Source: a virus. From it: a DNA stretch of 64,000 nt. Position 1 is the first letter of the stretch. Every line of letters begins with the position of its first letter. This document shows positions 1 to 9,337 of the stretch, in pieces. A model generated the notes under the pieces. The model had not been told where the DNA came from. It did no database searches and saw only the letters and a list, made by a program, of their open reading frames with translations. The translations under genes and the position numbers were made by a program. The DNA lies in the IMG/VR virus record IMGVR_UViG_3300045988_085064; one strand, written 5' to 3'.

Positions 1-1
1 G

Positions 2-2113
2 GGTATTCTTGTGGGATATGGGCGCGGCTCATGTAATGGCTCAGTCATTGCTTATCTGCTTGGAATTACTGAGATGGATAGCATCAAGCACGGGCTTAAT
101 TTTGAGCGATTCATGAATACGGAGCGTGTATCACTGTCTGATATTGATACAGATTTTCCTCCTAGTAGAATCAATGAGGTCAAGCAATATATATTTAACA
201 AACACGGATTACACTGTTCTGACATTGTAACATTTAATACGATTGCTCTGAAGGGCGCTATTCGTGATGTTGGTAGAGCGTTGGAAATGCCACTTGATGA
301 AGTAGGGCAAATCTGTAATACCGTAGAACAAGATGAGCACAAATGCCGCACTAAATATCCAGAGCTATTCAAATATGTCGATATTGTAAATGGTTGCGTT
401 GTATCAGTTGGCAATCATCCTTGCGGCTTAGTTGTATCACCTCATTCTATTGATGACCGTATGGGGCTATTCACCACATCAACAGACGATGTTCCAATCA
501 GTCAAATTAATATGAAAGAGGTTGATTTGCAGAATTATGTCAAGCTAGATTTACTCAAACTAGACACCATTGAACTAATCAACGAGACGTGTAAATTAGC
601 TGGTATTGAGCGCCTAACACCTGACAATGTTGATATAAATGATAAAGTCGTGTGGGATAGCATTAGAGATGATACTACGGCTATATTCCAGTGGGAAGGC
701 ATGACTGGCGATAGATATATCAAGCAACTCTTGTCTGAATCTAATATTCAGAAATTCAAGGCATTGAACCCAAATATTGACTATATGACATTGCTATCAA
801 TCGGTAATGGCGCAATTCGTCCTGCCGGTGCATCATATCGTGATGACCTTGCTAATGGTGTTATCCGCAAATCTGGAAATGCGGCGATTGATGAATTTAT
901 GAAGCCGACATTTGGCTATCTTGTATTCCAGTGTCAAATTATTCAATTCTTACATGAATATTGTGGCTATACTATGGGCGAAGCCGATGTTGTGCGCCGC
1001 CATTTTGCTAAAAAGACTGGTACAGACAAGGATATACCACAAATCAAGGCTGGTTTTGCTGAGACAATGGCAGAGCGATATAATATGAGCCAAGATGAAT
1101 CAGATAAGGTTATAGCTGATTTTATCCAAGTCATTATCGACGCTAGTAATTATCTGTTCTCTCTAAATCATAGTCAGCCATATAGCTATGAGGGATATGT
1201 ATCAGGTTGGCTTAGATACCACTATCCACTTCAATTCCTTACGGTTGCTATGAATATCAATCAAGGTAAAGAGGAAAAGACGGCGGCACTAACGGCATAT
1301 GCTCATAAAGTCGGCATTAAAATTAAATCTCCTAAATTTCGTCATTCTCGCTCAGATTATTTTTACGATATAAACGAAAATACAATCTATAAGGGGCTTG
1401 GCTCAATCAAGTATATGAGCACCGATGTAGCCGAGGCATTATATGGTATGCGCGATATGCAGTTTAAGAATTTTATTGATGTGCTATTTGCTATTCAACA
1501 GCTCAACTCTAAACCAGATGCGCGGCAACTTGATATTCTAGTTAAAATTGGTTATTTTGCAGAATTTGGACCAGCCAAGGCACTATTGCTAGGTATTGAG
1601 ATTTTTAATAAATTTTCAAAATGCAAGACAATTAAACTTGACAAATGGGTTGGAATGGGTTATAATGTAGATATGCTCAAGCCGTATGCTGGTAATCTAA
1701 CAGAGAAAACAGCTAGTCAACTTGATAATCGCGGCATCATATTATCGATTCTGCGCTCAATGAAAATGCCAAAGACAACTATTGCTGATAAACTGAAATG
1801 GCAGATTGAGTTATTAGGCTATGTGGATGGCAACGACCCCAATTCAGACCTTAATGATTGGCTAGTGCTAGATGTTAAGACAACAGGATATGGTACGATT
1901 TATTGTATGCTTTATAACCTATGCTATGGCGCAGAACGCACATATCGAGCTAATAAGAAATTCTGGACAAATCATCAATTATCAAAGGGTGATGCAATTA
2001 GAGTTGTATTGCAAGAGAAAAATAAAATGAAAAAGGATGAAAATGGTGAATGGGTAACATTATCGGAAACGTATCAGGAGATGAAAGTGTGGAAGAAGCA
2101 TGAAGAAATGTAA
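2..2113 (+). CDS. dnaE: DNA polymerase III alpha-subunit-like replicative polymerase (N-terminus outside window)
   Basis: Frame is open to the window edge. GYGRGSCNGSVIAYLLGIT and LNFERFMNTERVSLSDIDTDF match PolIII-alpha palm motifs. 700 aa lie in the window. Confidence 0.85.
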   Translation, partial: GILVGYGRGSCNGSVIAYLLGITEMDSIKHGLNFERFMNTERVSLSDIDTDFPPSRINEVKQYIFNKHGLHCSDIVTFNTIALKGAIRDVGRALEMPLDEVGQICNTVEQDEHKCRTKYPELFKYVDIVNGCVVSVGNHPCGLVVSPHSIDDRMGLFTTSTDDVPISQINMKEVDLQNYVKLDLLKLDTIELINETCKLAGIERLTPDNVDINDKVVWDSIRDDTTAIFQWEGMTGDRYIKQLLSESNIQKFKALNPNIDYMTLLSIGNGAIRPAGASYRDDLANGVIRKSGNAAIDEFMKPTFGYLVFQCQIIQFLHEYCGYTMGEADVVRRHFAKKTGTDKDIPQIKAGFAETMAERYNMSQDESDKVIADFIQVIIDASNYLFSLNHSQPYSYEGYVSGWLRYHYPLQFLTVAMNINQGKEEKTAALTAYAHKVGIKIKSPKFRHSRSDYFYDINENTIYKGLGSIKYMSTDVAEALYGMRDMQFKNFIDVLFAIQQLNSKPDARQLDILVKIGYFAEFGPAKALLLGIEIFNKFSKCKTIKLDKWVGMGYNVDMLKPYAGNLTEKTASQLDNRGIILSILRSMKMPKTTIADKLKWQIELLGYVDGNDPNSDLNDWLVLDVKTTGYGTIYCMLYNLCYGAERTYRANKKFWTNHQLSKGDAIRVVLQEKNKMKKDENGEWVTLSETYQEMKVWKKHEEM

Positions 2114-2306
2114 AGGATTCTGTGCAAATGAATGTGTGACCGGATATTGCCCGATTGCGCTTGATAGGAAATACGATTGGTATAGTGATATGGGATATGA
2201 TGTGCCAAAGAACTGCAAAGAATGTTACTACAATACATTTAATTGTGCAGATTGCATTTTCCAAAAATCAAAATATTGTATAAAATTAGAGGGGGGCGTA
2301 AAATAA
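2100..2306 (+). CDS. Small Cys-rich protein, unknown function
   Basis: 68-aa ORF overlapping the polymerase 3' end by 14 nt. It has 9 Cys in CxxxC/CxxC spacing. Confidence 0.4.
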   Translation: MKKCKGFCANECVTGYCPIALDRKYDWYSDMGYDVPKNCKECYYNTFNCADCIFQKSKYCIKLEGGVK

Positions 2307-2341
2307 TGGATGCTGTTGAATTTTTGAAACAGCTTAATTGA

Positions 2342-2665
2342 ATGTGTAAAGCATACAACGATGATGGATGTAAGGAATGTCCTGCTTATGGGTATCGTTG
2401 CGGAGAAGAATTTGATGGACAAGAAGAAGATGGTGTTTTTATTGTAGAACAATGGGCAAAAGAATACCCGGTCAAAACGAGGCAGAGCGAATTGCTCAAG
2501 CTATTTCCTAAAGCTAATATGCTATATGATGGATATCTAAGTATTTGCCCAGCTCAAATTTCAAGTGAATATCGTGATAAGGAAACTGGTGGATGTGGAT
2601 GTCGTACCCCCGGAATAGGTTGTGATAAATGCAAACGTAATTTTTGGCTAAAAGAAATTCAATGA
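2342..2665 (+). CDS. Cys-rich protein, unknown function
   Basis: 107-aa ORF with CKECP and CDKC motifs. There is no SD before ATG 2342. A strong SD (GAGGGGGG) serves an in-frame 11-codon leader (2306-2341) that ends in TGA directly before this ATG. Confidence 0.45.
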   Translation: MCKAYNDDGCKECPAYGYRCGEEFDGQEEDGVFIVEQWAKEYPVKTRQSELLKLFPKANMLYDGYLSICPAQISSEYRDKETGGCGCRTPGIGCDKCKRNFWLKEIQ

Positions 2666-2670
2666 GGTGA

Positions 2671-2835
2671 ATGATGACCAATCAAGAAGCTTCCACATTG
2701 ATAGTTAAGGAATATGGTAATTATAGAGGACTTTGCATTGAATACAAACAATTTTCTTATATCAACCCAAATCTATCTGAAGCTATTGCTATGGCTGTAG
2801 CAGCATTAAGTAAAGAAAATAATAAGGAGGATTAA
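2671..2835 (+). CDS. Hypothetical small protein (54 aa)
   Basis: ATG 2671 is preceded by GAGGTGA. It fills the gap to the next gene and is not in the ORF track because it is under 60 aa. Confidence 0.35.
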   Translation: MMTNQEASTLIVKEYGNYRGLCIEYKQFSYINPNLSEAIAMAVAALSKENNKED

Positions 2836-2843
2836 GTAAGTAA

Positions 2844-3512
2844 ATGGGCGTAGCAGTTCTTATTTTAGGTGAAAGTGGCTCTGGTAAATCAGCGTCACTT
2901 AGAAATTTCAAGCAAGAGGATGTTGGCATCCTAAATGTAGCATCTAAACCGCTACCATTCAGAAATGTAAATAAACTACAAAGTATGAATAAAGCAACAT
3001 ATGCCAGTATCAAAGGCGCGGTATGTAGCGGCAAAAAGCTAAGTTGGGTCGTAGACGATGCTCAGTATCTTATGGCTTTTGAGAGCTTTGATAAAGTAAA
3101 TGAAGTCGGATATGGCAAGTTCACTACGATGGCTAAGAACTATGAAGATATGTTGCGTGTTGTTCAGGAAGATACAAATCCAGATACGATTGTATATATC
3201 ATGCAACATATTGATACCGATGAAAATGGCAAGGTAAAGGCTAAGACGCTTGGCAAGATGCTAGACCAGCAGCTCACAGTAGAGGGACTGTTTAGCATTG
3301 TCCTGCTATGTAAAGCTGATGAGCGCAAGCATTATTTTATCACACAGTCTGACGGCTCGAATCCATGCAAGTCTCCAATGGGTATGTTTGATTCTCTTGA
3401 GATTGACAATGACCTAAAGATGGTTGATGATACAATCAGAGAATATTATGGGCTAAAGAAGGCAAGTGCGCCAAAGGCTAAACCTACTACTCCAGCTAAA
3501 AAGGCTGAGTAA
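2844..3512 (+). CDS. P-loop ATPase, Sak4/RecA-like recombination-associated AAA protein
   Basis: Walker A ILGESGSGKS at the N-terminus, about 220 aa, SD AAGGAGG upstream. It sits in a module with a DUF669-type gene, as in many phage recombination modules. Confidence 0.65.
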   Translation: MGVAVLILGESGSGKSASLRNFKQEDVGILNVASKPLPFRNVNKLQSMNKATYASIKGAVCSGKKLSWVVDDAQYLMAFESFDKVNEVGYGKFTTMAKNYEDMLRVVQEDTNPDTIVYIMQHIDTDENGKVKAKTLGKMLDQQLTVEGLFSIVLLCKADERKHYFITQSDGSNPCKSPMGMFDSLEIDNDLKMVDDTIREYYGLKKASAPKAKPTTPAKKAE

Positions 3513-3528
3513 GATATAAAAATAATAC

Positions 3529-3557
3529 TTGACAAATATATGGCAATGTGATATAAT
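3529..3557 (+). promoter_or_regulatory. Sigma70-type promoter (TTGACA-17 nt-TGaTATAAT)
   Basis: TTGACA at 3529-3534, a 17-nt spacer, and an extended -10 TGATATAAT ending at 3557. Confidence 0.6.
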
Positions 3558-3659
3558 ATAGTAGAGGTCAAAGCTGGGTTGCAAACTGGCTTAGTTTAAG
3601 AGGGTTGCCTATATCAGCCCTCTACTCTAAATAAATCTTATATAGGGAGATTGATAAAG

Positions 3660-4229
3660 ATGCACAAAACTCATAATATGTCAAATACGAGAATATATCG
3701 AATTTGGAGCGATGTTAAGGCAAGATGTTATTATGTTGGCAATGATAATTATAAATATTATGGTGAACGTGGCATAGCAATGTGTGAGGAATGGAAGGAT
3801 TCATTTGAAAATTTCTATAATTGGGCAATTAGTGCTGGATATAATGATGATTTGACATTAGATAGAATTGATACGAATAAAGGATATTACCCAGCTAATT
3901 GTAGATGGATAACCTTGACTGAACAATGTAGAAATAGGCGAAATAACGTAAGATATAAATATAATGGTGAAGAAAAAACATTAAAAGAATGGGAAGAAAT
4001 TTATGGAGTTCCTTCGGCAACATCTTGGGCACGTATAAATAAATATGGTTGGGATGTTGCAAAAGCTATTACATATAATGAAGAAGAATTATATGAATAC
4101 AATGGGAAATCTCAAATATTATCTGATTGGGCAACTGAATTAGGTATAAAATATACAACTTTAAGAGCTAGAATAAAGGCATATAAATGGCCTATAGAAA
4201 AAGCATTTAACACAAAAACATTAAAGTGA
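3660..4229 (+). CDS. Free-standing homing-endonuclease-like / DNA-binding protein
   Basis: N-terminal YRIWSDVKARC..YYGERGIAMCEEW..LTLDRIDTNKGYYPANCRW signature, common in phage proteins annotated HNH/AP2-like. It is followed by two repeats of Y.YNG....L.(D/E)W......T...R (HTH-like). The gene has its own promoter. Confidence 0.5.
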   Translation: MHKTHNMSNTRIYRIWSDVKARCYYVGNDNYKYYGERGIAMCEEWKDSFENFYNWAISAGYNDDLTLDRIDTNKGYYPANCRWITLTEQCRNRRNNVRYKYNGEEKTLKEWEEIYGVPSATSWARINKYGWDVAKAITYNEEELYEYNGKSQILSDWATELGIKYTTLRARIKAYKWPIEKAFNTKTLK

Positions 4230-4239
4230 GGTAATCAAA

Positions 4240-4863
4240 TTGAAAAGAATTGAAAATTGGGACTCTATCGTTGAAAGCACGTCTTTTAAGCGTCTAACAC
4301 CAAATGGCTATATTTGTAAGATTTTGAAGGTGGAAGATCATCCTGAGAAAGAATATCTAAAGATTTATTTTGATATTTTCAAGGGCGATGACAAGGGATA
4401 TTTCAAGAAGCAGTATGATGGAGATACACGCAAGGAAAAGAAATGGCCTAATGCTGGCACATTCATTCGCTCTTATAAGGATAGTGCGGCATCTATGTTC
4501 AAGGGCTTTACCAATGCTATTGAGCGTTCAAATAAGGGCTATCAGTGGAATTTTGATGAAAAGACACTTGTCAATAAGATCATTGGTCTAATCATTGCAG
4601 ATGAGCAGTATCAGAACCAGAAGGGTCAGGTTCGTGTCCGTAACTATGTCGCGGCTGTTCGCTCTGTTGAAACCATTGAAAAGGGCGAATATGAAATTCC
4701 TGCGCTAAAGGAACTAACAACCACTAAGACTACTACATCTACTCCTGCTAATGACCCACTACCTGATTTTGGGGATGTGTTCAATACTACGTCTACTGAT
4801 ACGTCTACTCCTGCTGAATCAGAAAATCCTTGGGATGATTCCGACGAGAATCCATTTAGCTAA
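4240..4863 (+). CDS. DUF669-type phage ssDNA-binding-like protein
   Basis: TTG start. Thr/Ser-rich linker and acidic tail WDDSDENPFS, typical of SSB C-termini. In the same module as the Sak4-like ATPase. Confidence 0.55.
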   Translation: MKRIENWDSIVESTSFKRLTPNGYICKILKVEDHPEKEYLKIYFDIFKGDDKGYFKKQYDGDTRKEKKWPNAGTFIRSYKDSAASMFKGFTNAIERSNKGYQWNFDEKTLVNKIIGLIIADEQYQNQKGQVRVRNYVAAVRSVETIEKGEYEIPALKELTTTKTTTSTPANDPLPDFGDVFNTTSTDTSTPAESENPWDDSDENPFS

Positions 4864-4880
4864 TCTATAAAAATATTAAA

Positions 4881-4907
4881 GGCGGGGCTTGACAATCCCG
4901 CCTTTTT
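4881..4907 (+). terminator. Rho-independent terminator
   Basis: GGCGGG (4881-4886) pairs with CCCGCC (4897-4902), followed by TTTTT. Confidence 0.6.
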
Positions 4908-4917
4908 ATTATATAAT
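4889..4917 (+). promoter_or_regulatory. Sigma70-type promoter whose -35 lies in the terminator loop
   Basis: TTGACA at 4889-4894, a 17-nt spacer, TATAAT at 4912-4917. Confidence 0.55.
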
Positions 4918-4936
4918 AGCTGTGAGGTGATGATGT

Positions 4937-5566
4937 TTGAATAGATTTCTATGTATATCCCAGCTACAAGAGCTGCGAATCGACATATATCAGACCCACA
5001 TGAAAGCCAGATTCAGTGTCATCACCAACAATCAATGCCTCACAATGAGCCAAACATTAAGCCGCAAATGGAATGAGGCGCAAATCAAATCATGGCTGGG
5101 TATGGCGCAATATATCCATCCACGAATAGACAGCTATATATATGTCAAAAATAAACATTATTATACAATGAAAAAATCTGATATACCTACTAGACTATTG
5201 GTATCAGGCAATATCAACGAATGGAAAAAATCATTGTATTATAATGTACAATATTGCCGCATAATTGAAGATAATACGGCTGATAGCATGAATATAGAAA
5301 TGGATGGGCAATGGGTCGATTCGAGCCGATTCCTGAACATATGCGGCGATTCACCTAGGGTATTTAATATTAAGTGTCCTGACGGCTGTGAGGGCTGTGT
5401 ATGCCGATTGCGGCTTGAATATGATGCAGGATATAGCATAGAGCAAAATCGGGTTATAACGCATCCTAGCGGTATTAGAGTGGTTGATTGTAAGAGGATA
5501 GATGCGGCTATGAGCCAAGAAGAAATTGATAAGTGGATGTTAGAATATGAGATAATTTCCTCTTGA
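4937..5566 (+). CDS. Hypothetical protein
   Basis: 209-aa ORF with a TTG start 6 nt after AGGTGA. No recognisable motif. Confidence 0.4.
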   Translation: MNRFLCISQLQELRIDIYQTHMKARFSVITNNQCLTMSQTLSRKWNEAQIKSWLGMAQYIHPRIDSYIYVKNKHYYTMKKSDIPTRLLVSGNINEWKKSLYYNVQYCRIIEDNTADSMNIEMDGQWVDSSRFLNICGDSPRVFNIKCPDGCEGCVCRLRLEYDAGYSIEQNRVITHPSGIRVVDCKRIDAAMSQEEIDKWMLEYEIISS

Positions 5567-5591
5567 CAACCTCCTATTTCTATGCTATAAT
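5563..5591 (+). promoter_or_regulatory. Sigma70-type promoter (conserved promoter-leader cassette, copy A)
   Basis: TTGACA at 5563-5568, a 17-nt spacer, TATAAT at 5586-5591. Near-identical to the cassette at 11813. Confidence 0.55.
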
Positions 5592-5625
5592 TAAGTCAAC
5601 AAATGAAACAGGAGGTTGTTTTATT

Positions 5626-5763
5626 ATGACTTGGAAAGTATGGTTTGATGGTGATGAATGCCAGAACGTGATTATTGTTCAGTGTGATTCTTTTGATGAG
5701 GCAATTAAATATGTACGAACGATTGATGAACGGTATGACACAGCACAGGTGGTAAGCAAATGA
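5626..5763 (+). CDS. Hypothetical small protein (45 aa)
   Basis: ATG 5626 lies 7 nt after AGGAGG. Confidence 0.4.
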   Translation: MTWKVWFDGDECQNVIIVQCDSFDEAIKYVRTIDERYDTAQVVSK

Positions 5764-6242
5764 GAAAGCCACCTACAATTAAATGCCGCCAATGCGGTAA
5801 ATCAACGTTAAAACAAAATGCAATTGAATATAAGCCTAAATTCTATTTTTGTTGTGAACAATGCAAGCAAGATTATATCAATACTCATACTGCTAAGTCA
5901 AAGCCAGAATCAAAAGATGATAGGCGCAAATTGTTAGATTATATACGTCAAATCTCCCCTGATGCCAATATGCGGCTTGTAGGTATACAGCTTGCTCAGT
6001 TAATGAAAGATAATCCTGATATGACATGTGGCGGCATTGCTTATACCATTAGATATATCCATAAGGAGCAAGGATTGGATATATCTAAATCACCACTTGG
6101 ACTGGTCAAATATAAATATGATGAATGTAAAAAATATTATACTTGGCTAAATCAGGTAAAGCAGAATATACAGCAATGGAAAGCTGAAGATGGGGTTGAG
6201 ACGATTATGAAAAGAAATGATGAGGAGGATGTGTTTGGATGA
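5760..6242 (+). CDS. Hypothetical zinc-ribbon protein
   Basis: ATGA overlap with the previous gene. N-terminal CRQC...CCEQC motif. Confidence 0.45.
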   Translation: MRKPPTIKCRQCGKSTLKQNAIEYKPKFYFCCEQCKQDYINTHTAKSKPESKDDRRKLLDYIRQISPDANMRLVGIQLAQLMKDNPDMTCGGIAYTIRYIHKEQGLDISKSPLGLVKYKYDECKKYYTWLNQVKQNIQQWKAEDGVETIMKRNDEEDVFG

Positions 6243-6457
6243 TTTTAATTGAATACTATCCGGGATATGATATTGGCTATGACGCTACTAAGATGTATGT
6301 TGATATTTCAAGTATTCAATATATTACTTATACTTATGTCAGAGGGCATAAGTATCTAGTTATTGGACTCAATGGGGAATCTTTTACTCTAACAGATGAG
6401 AGTGGCAAGGATTTGTTGGGTATCATGGGATTGTCTAAGGAGGATTTGATGTCATGA
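6239..6457 (+). CDS. Hypothetical protein
   Basis: 72-aa ORF coupled by an ATGA overlap. Confidence 0.4.
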   Translation: MILIEYYPGYDIGYDATKMYVDISSIQYITYTYVRGHKYLVIGLNGESFTLTDESGKDLLGIMGLSKEDLMS

Positions 6458-6705
6458 AACAATATGTCAATGAATATGATGAAGCTCTCAATGCTCTAAC
6501 TAGCGGTATGCTTGATACAAGTGATATTGAGCCATATATGGGTGCTATTGTTGGAGCATTGCAGAAACAAATCCCCATATATGCGGTTGGTGTGCGCTCA
6601 TCTGGATTGTACAAAGATAGTGGCATTTGCCAGTTATGTGGTAATGATGTCAACTCATATATGCAATATTGTGAATGTTGTGGGCAAGCGTTGAAATGGA
6701 AATGA
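6454..6705 (+). CDS. Hypothetical protein with C-terminal zinc ribbon
   Basis: ATGA overlap. Contains CQLCGN...CECCG. Confidence 0.4.
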   Translation: MKQYVNEYDEALNALTSGMLDTSDIEPYMGAIVGALQKQIPIYAVGVRSSGLYKDSGICQLCGNDVNSYMQYCECCGQALKWK

Positions 6706-6812
6706 TAATGTGTCCATATAAAGATGGTGCTAAATGTACCGCTCCTGATACAGATTGCCTGCATTGGCAAGGCACATTTTGTGAATTAGATGAATCGAGC
6801 AAGGAGGAATAA
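6702..6812 (+). CDS. Hypothetical Cys-rich mini-protein (36 aa)
   Basis: ATGA overlap with the previous stop. Ends 3 nt before the helicase start. Confidence 0.3.
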   Translation: MIMCPYKDGAKCTAPDTDCLHWQGTFCELDESSKEE

Positions 6813-6815
6813 TCA

Positions 6816-8288
6816 TTGCTCTATGACCAAAATTCTGTTAGGTTGCTATTGGGTTGTTTGCTAATTAAGTCGTCTCTTGCTATTTCCGACAAGTATCCTT
6901 TAAGCCGTGATGATTTCACGGTCGATTTCCATCTCAGATTGTGGCAAGGGTGCGTTGCTCTAGCTAAACGTGGGGCTGAATCTATATCTGCCCTAGACCT
7001 CTATATGCTATGTAAGAATAATAAGCAGGTAGAGGATATATTCAAGTTAAATCAGCTAGACGATTTTATTGATACTGTTAAGCAACTTGCTAATGTGGGC
7101 AATTTTGAGGTATATTACAACAATGTGCGCCGCGCAACATTACTCCGTTCATATAAAAATGCTGGCTATAACGTAGACAAATTTGAGCAAGACGATAAAG
7201 CAACCATAGAAGATATAGTACAATATTTTGACGCACAACAGATAGCTATAAAGAAGCAATTCTATAAAGACAAAGATATAGATGAGCTAAAAGCCGGTGA
7301 TGGATTTGAGGCGGTTAAAGAGGGTTTCAAAGCAGAACCGCTATTCGGCGCAACAACTTTTAGTGAATATCTAAACACAGCTGCTAGAGGTTGGATTCCG
7401 GGACAGCTATCTATCTATTCAGTCGGCTCAGGTGTAGGCAAGTCAACTATTGGCTTGGCTAATCTTGTGCAAGTATGTTGCCCTAGAATCTATGATATAG
7501 ACAAGGGGCAATATGTAGATAATCCATGTTATCAGCATAAGGCTGGTCTATATCTTCAATTTGAGATGGCTGGTGATACTGAAATCACGCCCAAGATTGT
7601 GGCTACAATTAGCGGCGTACCATGTTTTAGCATCTTAAATGGGCGATATGAAGAAGGTGAAGAAGAACGTGTAGATGAGGCTATTAAAATCCTGCATGAA
7701 TCTAAGCTATATATTGTCACCATGCCTAATTATACTGTTGATTTGATTGAATCATATGTAAAGGATTATGTGGTAAATAAGCAAGTAGGCTTTCTATGTT
7801 ATGATTATATCGTTGAATCATCATCCGTATCGAGTGACCTAGCTAAAAAGAACGGCGTATCTACTCGTTCAGATCAGGTGCTATCTGGTATAGCAAGTAA
7901 GCTCAAGGATTTAGCTGTTGAATATAATATAGCAGTACTTACATTTACTCAGGTCAATGCTAATGCTATGACGCAAGAAATTATGGATAGTGGTGTTGCG
8001 GCTGGTTCAAGAGCGATTCAGAACAAGGCTGATGTGGCCGGTGTAATTATGCCTTTGCGCCGTAAAGAGCAAGAGATAGCTGATATGATGATGGAGAAAT
8101 ATCCTGATAAAACAAAGCCAAATCGCGTGCTGCATCTCTATAAAATGCGCTTTTCACAGGTTGAACAGGGTATTAAGATATATTTTAATCTTGACTTGAA
8201 TACTGGACGAACAAAGGATTGTTTTGTAACGAGCAAGTTCGACAATCCAATACAGCTTCAAAGAACAAGGTTGGTGTATGCGAAATGA
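6816..8288 (+). CDS. dnaB: DnaB-like replicative helicase
   Basis: TTG start after AAGGAGG. DnaB-type N-terminal domain, Walker A SVGSGVGKST, 490 aa. Confidence 0.8.
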   Translation: MLYDQNSVRLLLGCLLIKSSLAISDKYPLSRDDFTVDFHLRLWQGCVALAKRGAESISALDLYMLCKNNKQVEDIFKLNQLDDFIDTVKQLANVGNFEVYYNNVRRATLLRSYKNAGYNVDKFEQDDKATIEDIVQYFDAQQIAIKKQFYKDKDIDELKAGDGFEAVKEGFKAEPLFGATTFSEYLNTAARGWIPGQLSIYSVGSGVGKSTIGLANLVQVCCPRIYDIDKGQYVDNPCYQHKAGLYLQFEMAGDTEITPKIVATISGVPCFSILNGRYEEGEEERVDEAIKILHESKLYIVTMPNYTVDLIESYVKDYVVNKQVGFLCYDYIVESSSVSSDLAKKNGVSTRSDQVLSGIASKLKDLAVEYNIAVLTFTQVNANAMTQEIMDSGVAAGSRAIQNKADVAGVIMPLRRKEQEIADMMMEKYPDKTKPNRVLHLYKMRFSQVEQGIKIYFNLDLNTGRTKDCFVTSKFDNPIQLQRTRLVYAK

Positions 8289-9337
8289 TTGACATTCAAT
8301 CTCTCAAATCCCAACTAACCGATGACCGCATTATAGAGCTAATGGACGCTATGGGTGCGCCATTAATGAAGGCTGATAGTAATAATTTGATATTCGGCTC
8401 AATTTGTCATTGGGGTGCTGATTGGGATAAACACAAGCCCAAATTATGGTACTATATAAAATCAGGTTCATTTCACTGTTGGAGCTGCGGCTTTTCAGGC
8501 GATACCATATCTCTAGTTCAGTACGTCAAGCATCTTGACTTCAATCAAGCTGTATCATATATCTGCTCAATCCTACATCTACAAGTAGGGCAAATAGAAC
8601 AGAATGGGCAGATTGATAATTGGGCTGAATTGCGCCGATTCTTACCTAATGCTGAGCCAGAGCCAGACAAGCTATTGACATATGACAAGTCCATATTATC
8701 TCTATTTGACCATTTATATCCGCAAGAATGGCTGGATTATGGTATTTCAGCGGATATACTTGATAAATTTGGTATAGGCTGGTATGCGCGTCAGGCGTGC
8801 ATATCAATACCTGTCGTGTTTAATGGACAACTAGTAGGTGTAAGGGGGCGATATACAAGAGAGCAGGATGTGGTTAAAGGCAAATATAGACAAATATGTA
8901 CGCTGGATGGTACAGTGCTAAAGCTGGCAACATCACAAGTCATGTATGGCTACGACCAAAATAAAGCCGCTATTGAAAAGTCGCGTCAAGTGGTGCTATT
9001 TGAATCAGAAAAAAGCGTACTCAAGTCGCCCAAATACGGTATAAATAATGCTCTAGCCGTCTTTGGCTCTAATATAAGCAAGCAGCATATACAACTATTG
9101 CTAGAGCTGGGCGTGAATGATGTGGTGCTTGCGTTTGATAGCGATTATAAGCAAGTAGGCGATGAGGAATTTAAGTTCTTTGTAGTCAAGCTGAAGAAAT
9201 TAGCGGTTAAGTTAAAGCCTTTCTTCAACTGTTCGATAGTCTATAATAATCAAGGTTATGATATGTATAAATGCAATATGATGGACATACCATATGAGCA
9301 AGCAATGAAATTATGGGAAAGTAGGGTAAAAATATGA
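8285..9337 (+). CDS. DNA primase (zinc finger + Toprim)
   Basis: ATGA overlap with the helicase stop. CHC2-type finger CHWG...HCWSCGFSGD. Toprim-like VLFESEKS and AFDSDY. Confidence 0.75.
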   Translation: MIDIQSLKSQLTDDRIIELMDAMGAPLMKADSNNLIFGSICHWGADWDKHKPKLWYYIKSGSFHCWSCGFSGDTISLVQYVKHLDFNQAVSYICSILHLQVGQIEQNGQIDNWAELRRFLPNAEPEPDKLLTYDKSILSLFDHLYPQEWLDYGISADILDKFGIGWYARQACISIPVVFNGQLVGVRGRYTREQDVVKGKYRQICTLDGTVLKLATSQVMYGYDQNKAAIEKSRQVVLFESEKSVLKSPKYGINNALAVFGSNISKQHIQLLLELGVNDVVLAFDSDYKQVGDEEFKFFVVKLKKLAVKLKPFFNCSIVYNNQGYDMYKCNMMDIPYEQAMKLWESRVKI

